A stretch of 64,000 bases of DNA from Acidimicrobiales bacterium. GTDB taxonomy: Bacteria > Actinomycetota > Acidimicrobiia > Acidimicrobiales > JAUJNH01. The DNA lies in the NCBI GenBank assembly GCA_038253125.1, contig JBBSHM010000002.1:946-64945 (forward strand), written 5' to 3'. The notes below the pieces were generated by a model that was not told the DNA's origin, did no database searches, and was given only the letters and a program-made list of their open reading frames with translations. Both the position numbers and the translations under genes were made by a program. The number at the start of each line of letters is the position of its first letter. Within the stretch, counting starts at the first letter, position 1. Of this stretch, positions 19,014 to 27,634 are shown in pieces.

Positions 19014-20023
19014 GGGTCGAGCTTGAGGAGGAGCGCGACTTCCTTCTCCGCTCGCTCGACGACCTGGAGGCCGAACGGGCCGGGGGCGACCTGGAGGAAG
19101 ACGACTACCGCAGCCTCCAGGGCGACTACACCGCCCGGGCGGCGACAGTCCTGCGCCGCCTGCAGCACCTCGAGGAGCCGGCCGAGGCGGCGCCGGCCGG
19201 GGGCAAGGCCCCGTGCGATGGGCGAGTCGATGGCCCCGCCGCTGGCCCAGCCGATCACAGCGGGAGCCCAGACGCTCACAGCGGGAGCCCAGACGGTGGC
19301 CATGGGAGCCCAGACGACGGGCATGGGAACCCCCCCGTGGAAACCGGTCACGTCGACGCGGGGGCGTCACCGGCTCGGTCCACCTCGGGCCGCCGCCGTA
19401 CACGGTGGCCGCTGGTGCTCAGCGTCGTGGCCACCATCGCGCTGGCTGCCGGCTCGGGCTACCTGGTCACCCGGTCCTCGGGCGAGCGGCGGCCGGACCA
19501 GGGGGTCTCGGGAGGGCCCGACAGCTCGCCCAGCGCCCTGCTGCGGGAGGCCATCACCCTCGACAACGGCGGCAAGCTGCTGGACGCGGCCAAGCTGTAC
19601 GACGCCGTGCTGGCCAAGGAGCCGGAGAACGTGATCGCCCTCACCCGGCGCGGCTGGCTCGTCGGGCTGTCAGGCCGCCAGGCCGGCAACGTCGAGCTGC
19701 TGCAGGCCGGCCTCGGCTACCTCGACCGTGCTGTCAAGATCGACCCCAGCTACGCCGACGCCCACGCCTACCGGGGCTTGGTGATCGGGGCCTTGGGCCG
19801 GCCGGGCGACGCCGGCTGTGAGTTCCGGCTGTGGCTCGCCGTAGCCCCGCCCGACGACGAGCGGCGGCCGGCCATCGAGGGGGTGCTCGACGAGGCCACC
19901 ACCCAGGCCGGCGGCAAGCTGCCCGAGTGCCCCAAGCCTCCCCTTCCGGGTCCCGTCGCCGTCCCGCCCGTTCCCCCGCCTGCCCCCCCGACGGCGGCGA
20001 GCCCGTCGACCACGATCCCCTAA
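18995..20023 (+). CDS. CcmI-like TPR protein
   Basis: 'ERDFLLRSLDDLE.E...GDL..DDY' N-terminal region, TM helix, TPR-like helices; last gene of the ccm operon; start estimated. Confidence 0.75.
   Translation: MGTHGLRVELEEERDFLLRSLDDLEAERAGGDLEEDDYRSLQGDYTARAATVLRRLQHLEEPAEAAPAGGKAPCDGRVDGPAAGPADHSGSPDAHSGSPDGGHGSPDDGHGNPPVETGHVDAGASPARSTSGRRRTRWPLVLSVVATIALAAGSGYLVTRSSGERRPDQGVSGGPDSSPSALLREAITLDNGGKLLDAAKLYDAVLAKEPENVIALTRRGWLVGLSGRQAGNVELLQAGLGYLDRAVKIDPSYADAHAYRGLVIGALGRPGDAGCEFRLWLAVAPPDDERRPAIEGVLDEATTQAGGKLPECPKPPLPGPVAVPPVPPPAPPTAASPSTTIP
19255..19338. repeat. 21-bp imperfect tandem repeat x4 (His/Gly/Ser/Pro/Asp heptapeptide)
   Basis: GGGAGCCCAGACG core at 21-bp spacing. Confidence 0.85.
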
Positions 20024-20079
20024 TGGGCCCGAGGTCGAGCCGACGTGTCGATCCCGCCGGGCGCGGGTAGTCGCCCAGG

Positions 20080-20634
20080 ATGGAGACAACCACGGTGGAT
20101 GCTGGCGACCACGGGCCGGCCCGGGTGGTCGACTCGGTTCGCAGCCGCCTCGAGCACGAGGAGGAGGAGCACGCCCACGGGACCGAGAGGCCCATCGGCG
20201 GCTACATGGTGCTGCTCGGCTCATACGCCCTGATGGTGCTCAGCCTCGGGATCGTCGTCCGCCGCCGCCGGCACATGCCCGTTCGGCCGGCCCCCGCCGA
20301 CCTCGCCCTCGTCGCCGTGGCCACCCACAAGATCTCGCGGATGCTGTCGAAGGACACTGTGCTGGCGGCGGTGAGGATGCCCTTCACCCGCTTCGAGGAG
20401 GCGGCGGGGGAGGGAGAGGTGAACGAGTCGGTCCGGGGGCACGGTCTGCGTCACGCCATCGGCGAGCTGCTCACCTGCCCCTTCTGCCTGGCCCAGTGGG
20501 TGGCCACCGGGTTCACGTTCGGCCTGCTTCTGGCTCCCCGGGCCACCCGGCAGGTGGCCGCGGTCTTCTGCGCGGTAACGGCCAGCGACTACCTGCAGCT
20601 GGCTTACGCCGCCGCCGAGAAGACCGCCGAATGA
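20080..20634 (+). CDS. DUF1360-family membrane protein
   Basis: 'ATHKISR..KD....R.PF' and 'GELLTCPFCLAQW' motifs. Confidence 0.8.
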   Translation: METTTVDAGDHGPARVVDSVRSRLEHEEEEHAHGTERPIGGYMVLLGSYALMVLSLGIVVRRRRHMPVRPAPADLALVAVATHKISRMLSKDTVLAAVRMPFTRFEEAAGEGEVNESVRGHGLRHAIGELLTCPFCLAQWVATGFTFGLLLAPRATRQVAAVFCAVTASDYLQLAYAAAEKTAE

Positions 20635-20698
20635 CCCCGTCCCTGCTACAAGGGAACCTTGTGGTCTGACCCTTCTCCTTTTTAGGATCCATGGTGGG

Positions 20699-21373
20699 TC
20701 ACGGGCCGGCGGTGACCAGGGCGATGGCGAGGCCGTCGTGGCCCTTGCTGCCCACGGTCTGGATGGCGGTGGCGCTCACCCGCGGCGCGGACGCCAGCAG
20801 CTGGTGGAGCCGGCGGGTGCCTTGAATGTCGGGGTCTTCGCTGTCGGCGTCGATGACGGCGCCCCGGCGGACGACGTTGTCGACGATGATCACGGTCCCG
20901 GGGCGCGACAGCTGCAGCGCCCAGGTGAAGTAGTCGGGGTTGTTGGCCTTGTCGGCGTCGATGAAGATGAGGTCGAACGGCCCGCTTCCCTCGGATGCGA
21001 GCTGCGGAAGCGTGTCAAGCGCCCGACCCAGGCGCACCTCGACGATCCCCGCCAGACCGGCGTTGGCGATGTTGGAGGTGGCGACCTCGGCGTGGCCGGG
21101 ATCGGCCTCGAGCGTGACGAGGCGGCCGCCGCCAGGCAGCGCCCGGGCCAGCCAGATGGTGCTGTAGCCCCCCAGCGTGCCGATCTCCAGGATGGACATG
21201 GCCCCGTGGATCTGCGCCAGCAGCGCCAGGAGCTTCCCCTGGTTGGGCGCCACCTGGATCTGCGGCAGGCCGGCGGCGACGCTGGCCGCCAGCGCCGAAT
21301 CCAGCGCCGGGTCGGGCGGCACGAGCAGGTCTGTGATGTAGCGGTCCACGGCCGTCCACAGCTCTTCGGTCAC
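20699..21373 (-). CDS. O-methyltransferase (class I SAM-dependent)
   Basis: LEIGTLGGYST, FIDADK, VDNVVR, KGHDG; start GTG 21373. Confidence 0.92.
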   Translation of the reverse strand: MTEELWTAVDRYITDLLVPPDPALDSALAASVAAGLPQIQVAPNQGKLLALLAQIHGAMSILEIGTLGGYSTIWLARALPGGGRLVTLEADPGHAEVATSNIANAGLAGIVEVRLGRALDTLPQLASEGSGPFDLIFIDADKANNPDYFTWALQLSRPGTVIIVDNVVRRGAVIDADSEDPDIQGTRRLHQLLASAPRVSATAIQTVGSKGHDGLAIALVTAGP

Positions 21374-21407
21374 CGTTCCTCGATCCACTCGGGTCTGCAC
21401 ATGCTGG

Positions 21408-22535
21408 TCATCGGTCGACCGGTCCGCGGCGGAGAGCCTGGAGCGACTCCAGGACCTGGGGCAGGGCGGCGAGAAAGGTGGAGACGTCCTCGTCGCTGGT
21501 GCTCCAGCCCACGCTGGCCCGTAGGCTGCGCTCGGCGTCCGCGCCCATGGCCTCGAGCACCGGCGACGGCTCGAGCAGCTCGGACGAGCACGACGAGCCC
21601 GAGTGGACGGCGATGCCAGCCTGGTCGAGGCCGAGAAGGACCGGCTCGGCCTCGATTCCTTCCAGGCCGAAGCAGGCGATGTGGGGCAGCCGGGCCTCAG
21701 GGGTGAAGCGGCGGACGCCGGCAACCGCCGCCGCACCGCCGAGGAGGCGCTCGGTCAGGGCGTGCTGGCGGGCTCCCTCTGCGGCCGGGTCGAGCTGCTC
21801 GAGGGCGGCGGCGAAGCCAACGGCGCCGGCCACGTTCTCAAGCCCCGCCCTACGGGCCCGCTCCTGGGCGCCACCGACCAGCAGCGGATCGAGGCGAAGG
21901 CCCCGCCGTACGAGCAGGGCTCCGACGCCCCGGGGACCGCCCAGCTTGTGGGCGCTGACCGACACCAGGTCGGCACCGGTGGCGGCGAAGTCGATCCGGA
22001 CCCGACCGGCGGCCTGGGCGGCGTCGACGTGCACCAGAGCCCCGGCCCGGCGGGCGGCGGCCACCACCTCGGCCACGGGCTGGAGGGTGCCCACCTCGTG
22101 GTTACCCCATTGCACGTTGACCAGCGCCACCCCGTCCAGGACGACGTCATCGATCGACAGGCGGCCGGTGTCATCGACCGGCGGCTCCACCACGCCACCA
22201 CCGGCCCGGGCCGCCCACTCGCGCACGGAGGAGTGCTCGACGGCGGCGGCTACCACAGCGCCCGCCGGGTTTCGGCGGATGGCGCCCCAAGTGCCCATGG
22301 CCACGGCCTCGGTGGCCCCGCTCGTGAACACCACCTCCCGGCTAGCCCGGCATCCGAGGGCGGCGGCTATCCGCTCCCGGGCGTCCTCCAGCGCAGCCCG
22401 GGCCATCCGCCCCTCGGTGTGCACCCGCCCGGGGTCGGCGGCGCTGAGCCACGGTGCCATGGCCTCGGCCACCGCAGGCAGGAGGGGCGAGGTGGAGGCG
22501 TGATCCAGGTAATGACGGGCCGCGCTCACTGGCAT
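21408..22535 (-). CDS. Cysteine desulfurase (IscS/NifS family)
   Basis: YLDHASTS, FTSGATE, NHEVG, HVDAAQ, SAHKLGGP, SGSSCSS. Confidence 0.92.
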   Translation of the reverse strand: MPVSAARHYLDHASTSPLLPAVAEAMAPWLSAADPGRVHTEGRMARAALEDARERIAAALGCRASREVVFTSGATEAVAMGTWGAIRRNPAGAVVAAAVEHSSVREWAARAGGGVVEPPVDDTGRLSIDDVVLDGVALVNVQWGNHEVGTLQPVAEVVAAARRAGALVHVDAAQAAGRVRIDFAATGADLVSVSAHKLGGPRGVGALLVRRGLRLDPLLVGGAQERARRAGLENVAGAVGFAAALEQLDPAAEGARQHALTERLLGGAAAVAGVRRFTPEARLPHIACFGLEGIEAEPVLLGLDQAGIAVHSGSSCSSELLEPSPVLEAMGADAERSLRASVGWSTSDEDVSTFLAALPQVLESLQALRRGPVDR

Positions 22536-22603
22536 GCGGGCACCCTCGATCGGCTGCCGATCGTCACGCGTGTCCCATGGCCCCGGTAGAAACCCGCCCC
22601 GTA

Positions 22604-22740
22604 CGCCCGGGCACTAACGGTTGCGGAGACGTCACCTTCTGCCCGGGCGCAACCCACCCACCTTCTGCCCCGGCAGTACCGGTTGCGGGGACGCCACGTG
22701 GTGCCCGGGCACAACCGGCCCACCTTCTGCCCGGGCAGAA
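22604..22740. repeat. Array of TGCCCGGGCA-like palindromes (62-bp period)
   Basis: 10-mers at 22604, 22640, 22666, 22702, 22728 (spacing 36/26/36/26); CACCTTCTGCCC occurs three times. Confidence 0.8.
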
Positions 22741-22812
22741 CCGGTCGCCGCCACCTACGCCGGGCCCGGGCCGTCTGACGTGGTGACGGCGAGGCGTCGG
22801 CCAGCTCAGAAG

Positions 22813-23625
22813 TCACACCAGGGTGATGCAGGTGGCGTCGCCGCGGGCCCTGCTGGTCTCCTGCTCGGGCGAGCGGTCGACGCCCAGGCCGGCCAGCATG
22901 CCCCGCACCATGCCGCGGTCCACTGCGCACAGCACGGGGTGCTGTGACGCCGTGGTGCCGAACGGGCAGTTGTCGGCGATCACGGCGATGAGCCCGTCTC
23001 TGGTCTCGGCGTGGGCGGCGAAGCCGTGGGCGGTCAGGGCGTCGGCCACGGCGTGGAGTGCGGCCCTGACGTCACGCACAGCCTCGGCGCCCGGCTCTGC
23101 AGCCACCTCGGCCCCGTCTTCCCCGCTCTGGGGGGCCGCTCGGGTCCCGGCCATGGAGGCGGCGAGAGCTCGGCCGTAGTCCTCGCCTACCTGCTCGGCC
23201 ATGGCCTCGGCCTGCTCGCGGGGCAGCAGGCCGAGCGCTCTGCCGAGGAGGGTGATGATGAGGTCGTCGCGGCGGGCGGGGAAGCCGGTGGTGCCCGCCG
23301 ACGCCGCCGCCGCCACGTCGACCGGCACGCGGTAGCGCTTGGCGGGCCGGCCGGCGGCCCGGCCCTCGGTGCGGTCGACGAACACCTCGAGGTAGGTGGA
23401 GGTGGTCAGCTTGTCCAGGTGGTGGCGGGCCACGTTCGGGTGCAGGCCCAGGTGCTCGGCGGCCTCGGCCGCCGTCACCCCGGGGTCGCCGACGTCGCGG
23501 GCGAGGAGCCAGGCCGCCCGCCGGGTGGGGTCACCAAAGGCGTTGGTGATGGCGGCGACGTCAGCCCCGAAGGCCCGGTGCTCGTCGAGCTCGGCGCCGG
23601 CGGCGGCCGGCTGGGTACTGGCCAC
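22813..23625 (-). CDS. HTH metalloregulator (SufR-like/ArsR family)
   Basis: GDPTRR, 'LGLHPNVARHHLDKL', GRPAKRY; C-terminal NCPF...LC...TC ligand-like cysteines. Confidence 0.82.
   Translation of the reverse strand: MASTQPAAAGAELDEHRAFGADVAAITNAFGDPTRRAAWLLARDVGDPGVTAAEAAEHLGLHPNVARHHLDKLTTSTYLEVFVDRTEGRAAGRPAKRYRVPVDVAAAASAGTTGFPARRDDLIITLLGRALGLLPREQAEAMAEQVGEDYGRALAASMAGTRAAPQSGEDGAEVAAEPGAEAVRDVRAALHAVADALTAHGFAAHAETRDGLIAVIADNCPFGTTASQHPVLCAVDRGMVRGMLAGLGVDRSPEQETSRARGDATCITLV
23111..23148. repeat. Copy of the 33-bp coding repeat inside the SufR-like gene
   Basis: GCCCCGTCTTCCCCGCTCTGGGGGGCCGCTCGG matches the ligB unit at 29 of 33 positions. Confidence 0.8.
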
Positions 23626-23646
23626 GAGCCGATAGTGTAAATCGCC

Positions 23647-24825
23647 GTGCCGGTATCGGAGTCGCAGGTCCTCGATGCCCTGCGGCCGGTGCAGGACCCC
23701 GAGATCGGCAAGAGCATCGTCGACCTCGAGATGGTCCGCACCATCACCGTCGATGGCGCCCTCGTCACCGTCCTCGTCGCCCTCACGGTCGCTGGCTGCC
23801 CGATGAAGGCCGAGATCGAGAGCCGGGTGACGGCCGCCGTCATGCCCCTCGAAGGTGTCGAGCAGGTCAAGGTCGAGCTCACCGTGATGTCGCCCGAGCA
23901 GCTGGCCGGCCTGAAGGCCAAGATGGGCGCTGGTGGTCATGGCGGACAGGACCAGGGGGGTGGCCACACCTTCGCCCAGGGCAAGGGCGGCGAGACGCCC
24001 GACATCAGCTTCAACCGGGCCGGTTCCAAGACCCGGGTCCTCGCCATCACCTCGGGCAAGGGCGGGGTCGGCAAGTCGTCGGTCACGGTCAACCTCGCCG
24101 TGGCGCTGTCGAACCTGGGCCACGACGTCGCCGTGCTCGACGCCGACATCTACGGCTTCTCGATACCGAAGATGCTGGGCGCCGACGTGCAGCCCACGGT
24201 GCTCGACGAGGAGGAGAAGCTGCTGCTGCCGGTGGCCGCCCACGGGCTGCGCATCATCTCGGCCGGCAACTTCATCCCCGACGACCAGGCCATGATCTGG
24301 CGGGGACCGATGCTGCACCAGATGCTGCGCGAGTTCCTCACCCGGGTGTGGTGGGGCGACCCCGACTTCCTCGTGGTCGACATGCCCCCCGGCACCGGTG
24401 ACATCGCCCTGTCGGTAGCCCAGTACCTGCCCGGCGCCGAGGTCTACGTGGTCACCACCCCCCAGCCAGCGGCCCAGCGGGTGGCGCAGCGCTCGGCGCT
24501 GATGGCCCGCAACGACAAGATCAACCAGCCGGTCATGGGCGTCATCGAGAACATGAGCTGGTTCACCGGCGACGACGCCAAGCGCTACCCCCTGTTCGGC
24601 CAGGGCGGCGGCCAGGAGCTGGCCGACGAGCTGGGCGTGCCGCTCGTCGGCCAGGTCCCGCTCATCCCGGCCCTGCGCGAGGGCGGCGACACCGGCCTGC
24701 CGATCACGATCACCGAGCCCACGAGCGAGGTGGCCGGCATCTTCGAGGGGATCGCCAAGCGGATCGAAGCCAACCCCCCGCCCAAGCCCACAAAGGTCTT
24801 CCGCCCCGAGCTGCGCATCCAGTAG
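23647..24825 (+). CDS. mrp: Mrp/ApbC/NBP35 Fe-S carrier ATPase
   Basis: DUF59-like N-terminus (DPEIG...GCP), SGKGGVGKS, DADIYGFS, WRGPM, DMPPGTGD, ENMS. Confidence 0.93.
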   Translation: MPVSESQVLDALRPVQDPEIGKSIVDLEMVRTITVDGALVTVLVALTVAGCPMKAEIESRVTAAVMPLEGVEQVKVELTVMSPEQLAGLKAKMGAGGHGGQDQGGGHTFAQGKGGETPDISFNRAGSKTRVLAITSGKGGVGKSSVTVNLAVALSNLGHDVAVLDADIYGFSIPKMLGADVQPTVLDEEEKLLLPVAAHGLRIISAGNFIPDDQAMIWRGPMLHQMLREFLTRVWWGDPDFLVVDMPPGTGDIALSVAQYLPGAEVYVVTTPQPAAQRVAQRSALMARNDKINQPVMGVIENMSWFTGDDAKRYPLFGQGGGQELADELGVPLVGQVPLIPALREGGDTGLPITITEPTSEVAGIFEGIAKRIEANPPPKPTKVFRPELRIQ

Positions 24826-24910
24826 GAAGCGATCGGTGCCCTGGGGGGCGGCCTCGACTGGCCGGCGAGGATCCGGGCCGCCTTCGAGCCCGTAAAGCTC
24901 GGCATCGGCA

Positions 24911-24958
24911 TTCTGTCGGGAGTAGCTGTCGGCTGGAGCACAGCTACTCCCGACAGAA
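24911..24958. repeat. 48-bp palindromic intergenic repeat, copy 2
   Basis: TTCTGTCGGGAGTAGCTGT...ACAGCTACTCCCGACAGAA perfect 19-bp stem between convergent genes. Confidence 0.9.
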
Positions 24959-24967
24959 GCGGCGGGT

Positions 24968-25747
24968 TCAGGGGCGGATCGAGACGGGGGTGCCGTTGGG
25001 GGCCAGGGCGGCCACCTGGTTCCACGCGTCGTTCAGCATCCGCACGCAGCCGTGGCTGGCGTTGCCGCCGATCGAGCGAGGGTTGTTGGTGCCGTGGATG
25101 GCGATCTGGCCGATGCCGCCGCCGAAGCTCTTGTAGACCTCTGAGAACCCGCTGACGCTCAGCTGCCCGACCCCGTAGGGGCTGTCGGGGCGGGTGATGT
25201 GGACGGTGGCGTCGACGTAGAACTCGCCGACCGGCGTCGGCCCTGACGGTGCGCCGATGGCCACCGGGTGCTCGGCCAGCACGTCGTTGCCGTGCAGCAC
25301 CTGCAGCTTGCGAGCGCCGAGCTCGACGACGATTCGGTTCGAGATGTGGCGCATCGAGACGTCGCTGCGGCGGATCCACGCCGTGGCGCCGTTGGGCCGG
25401 ACGTTGATCCGCACGTGCAGCCAGGCACCCTGGTCCTCCAGGACCGCGAACACCAGCGGCACACCCTCAAAGGTCGGGTTCTTCAGCTCGCCAGAGGGCT
25501 GGGGGGCGGCGGCTGACTGGAACAGCGGAACGACGGGTCCGGCGGCGTCGGCGGCGTCGGCCTCGCCGGGGACGGGCACCGCAACCGGGGCGGGAGGCGG
25601 CGGTGGCGGGGCAGGAGGGGCGATCGCCGCGGCCTGCGCCGTGGGCGCCGAGATCGTCAAGGCGCCGACGACACCGGCGACGAGCTGGAGCAGGACCGCC
25701 ACGGCCACCAGCCAGCGAACTCGTGTCGATCGTCCGAGGCTTCCCAC
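24968..25747 (-). CDS. L,D-transpeptidase (YkuD family)
   Basis: 'VAIG....PTP.G.F', IAIHGTN, SHGCVRM; N-terminal TM. Confidence 0.9.
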   Translation of the reverse strand: MGSLGRSTRVRWLVAVAVLLQLVAGVVGALTISAPTAQAAAIAPPAPPPPPPAPVAVPVPGEADAADAAGPVVPLFQSAAAPQPSGELKNPTFEGVPLVFAVLEDQGAWLHVRINVRPNGATAWIRRSDVSMRHISNRIVVELGARKLQVLHGNDVLAEHPVAIGAPSGPTPVGEFYVDATVHITRPDSPYGVGQLSVSGFSEVYKSFGGGIGQIAIHGTNNPRSIGGNASHGCVRMLNDAWNQVAALAPNGTPVSIRP

Positions 25748-25754
25748 GACGCCT

Positions 25755-25956
25755 ACCGTACCGGCATCCCGTCACGCCCGGCACCGCTGGCACCTCGATG
25801 GCGGCGGCCCGGTCGACGTGCTCGACCTCGGGTTCGGCGTCCTCACCGTCCCCCACGGCCAGGGCCGTCGGCTGCTCGGCGATCTGCTGACCCGAGAGCA
25901 GCACGCCACCTTCGTCCGGTCGCTGGCCGAGGACCCCTGACCTTGCCACCACGTGA
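25755..25956 (+). pseudogene. Probable AbrB/MazE-like antitoxin remnant
   Basis: 'TVPA...RHRWHLDGGGPVDVLDLG' is AbrB-like; no start codon evident; removing one C from GGACCCCTGA gives AEDPDLATT-stop overlapping the next GTG. Confidence 0.45.
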
Positions 25957-26294
25957 CCAGGGCGATCCTTGACGATCACCTGCTGCGCGACCTGCTGGCG
26001 GACCACAGGGGTGAGCGCCTGGACCGCCTGTTGGAGGCTCACGAGCCGGCGACGACGAACCTCTTCCTGCACCGGCTGTGCAGGAGCGTCGTCTCCGCCC
26101 GGGGCGGTGCGCTCACAGGAGCGTGGGAAGCTGAGCAGCGACGGGAGCTGGGACGGCGGCTCCTGACGCTGCCGAGGAGCATCGAGATCGTGCCGATCCG
26201 GGTGGTCGCCCGCCGGATGGCGGTGATCGCCGACGGCCGCCGGGTCTCGGCCATGTTCGCCGTCGGCGGCGAGTACCGCACCATCAGCCGCTGA
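25953..26294 (+). CDS. PIN-domain-like protein, possibly C-terminally truncated
   Basis: N-terminal 'AILDDHLL' acidic strand typical of the PIN fold; coupled to the antitoxin-like fragment; C-terminal acidic motif not seen. Confidence 0.45.
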   Translation: MTRAILDDHLLRDLLADHRGERLDRLLEAHEPATTNLFLHRLCRSVVSARGGALTGAWEAEQRRELGRRLLTLPRSIEIVPIRVVARRMAVIADGRRVSAMFAVGGEYRTISR

Positions 26295-26376
26295 CACCCC
26301 AGATGGTGCCTTAGTTGCCCCGCCCGGTGTCGGGCACTTGGCTCCCCCCGGCCGCCGCGCTGGCGAGTCGGTGCAG

Positions 26377-27513
26377 CTAGCGGCCGCCCACGCCGGCTGG
26401 GAGGGCGGCTGAGTCCCAGCCGAGCAGCGTCACCGCCTGGGAGAAGGCGAAGCGGTCGGTCATCCCAGCCACGTAGGTGACCGCCTCCCGCAGCGCATCG
26501 TCGCTGCCGGCCACAAGCCCCCGTGGCGTGGTGCCCTCGCCAAAGGCGGGCAGGACGTTGGGCCGGTCGGCGTACAGCTCGACCAGCGCCCGCAGGACCC
26601 TCACCACCGTCGCCCCCTGCTGGACCGACGCCGGCCGCAGGTAGACGTGCTCGTAGTCGAACGCCCGCAGCGCAGCGAGCGCCTCGGCCAGCTCGGGCAC
26701 CATCCCCACCCGGCCGCGCCCGGCCGAGCCCCCGACCAGGCCGCGGATCAGCGCCCGCAGCTGACTGGACCGGGTGGACCCGCAGCGCTCGACCACCAGC
26801 TCCGGGACCATCTCGTAGGTGACCACGCCAGCGGCCACCGCGTCCTCCAGGTCGTGGCACACATAGGCGATGCGGTCGGCCCACGACACCACCTCGCCTT
26901 CGGGCGTGGCCGGCGCCGGCCGGCTCCAGGAGTGGTTGCGCACCCCGTCGAGCGTCTCGGTGCACAGGTTCAGCGGCGCCAGGGTCACGTCCGCCCCCCA
27001 GGTGGCGTGGTCGAACCCGTCGGGCAGGAACGAGGCGAATGCGTCCTCGCTGGCGTGGCCACCCGGGCCGTGCCCACAGTCGTGACCCAGGGCGATGGCC
27101 TCGGCCAGGGCGACGTTGAGCCGCAGGGCCCGGGCGACGGCGGTGGCGACCTGCGCCACCTCGAGCGCATGGGTGAGGCGGGTGCGCTGGTGGTCGTCGG
27201 GGAAGACGAAGACCTGGGTCTTGCCGGCCAGCCGCCGGAACGCCGCCGAGTGGAGGATGCGGTCCCGGTCGCGCTCGAAGCAGGTCCGCCACTCGTCCGG
27301 TTCCTCTTCCACCGCCCGGTGGCCGGCGCCAAGCGAACGGGTGGCCGCCGGGGCCAGAGCCGCCGCCTCGGCCGCCTCGCGCTCGACTCGGCCGAGCGGG
27401 CCGAGAAGGCCGAGCGCCACCCCCGAGTCCGCGTGCGCCACCCGCACGCCGTCCCCGGCCCCGTGACCCGCCATGGTCGCCGCCCACCTCTGGACCCGGT
27501 CAGTCGTGCTCAT
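26377..27513 (-). CDS. dgt: HD-domain dGTP triphosphohydrolase-like protein
   Basis: FERDRDRILHS.AFRRL.GKTQVF, RTRLTH, HDCGH, ADRIAY..HD.ED, YVAGMTD. Confidence 0.88.
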   Translation of the reverse strand: MSTTDRVQRWAATMAGHGAGDGVRVAHADSGVALGLLGPLGRVEREAAEAAALAPAATRSLGAGHRAVEEEPDEWRTCFERDRDRILHSAAFRRLAGKTQVFVFPDDHQRTRLTHALEVAQVATAVARALRLNVALAEAIALGHDCGHGPGGHASEDAFASFLPDGFDHATWGADVTLAPLNLCTETLDGVRNHSWSRPAPATPEGEVVSWADRIAYVCHDLEDAVAAGVVTYEMVPELVVERCGSTRSSQLRALIRGLVGGSAGRGRVGMVPELAEALAALRAFDYEHVYLRPASVQQGATVVRVLRALVELYADRPNVLPAFGEGTTPRGLVAGSDDALREAVTYVAGMTDRFAFSQAVTLLGWDSAALPAGVGGR

Positions 27514-27634
27514 GCACGGTGCCTCCCGCCGTGCACCCGAAACGACGGCCGTGCTGGTTCGCTGCGCCCACGGGGATTGAAGGTAGCCACGGCTCGTGAC
27601 GGCGAAGGCCATGTCGGGAGTAGGTTCCTCAGCC

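Noticed and set aside
22604..22740. Possible CRISPR array
   Set aside because: Repeats are short and degenerate, linkers are themselves repeated rather than unique spacers, and there are no cas genes.
27370..27430. Possible further copy of the 33-bp coding repeat in the dGTPase N-terminus (also the ccmF tail near 17845)
   Set aside because: Similarity too weak to separate from chance in GC-rich DNA.
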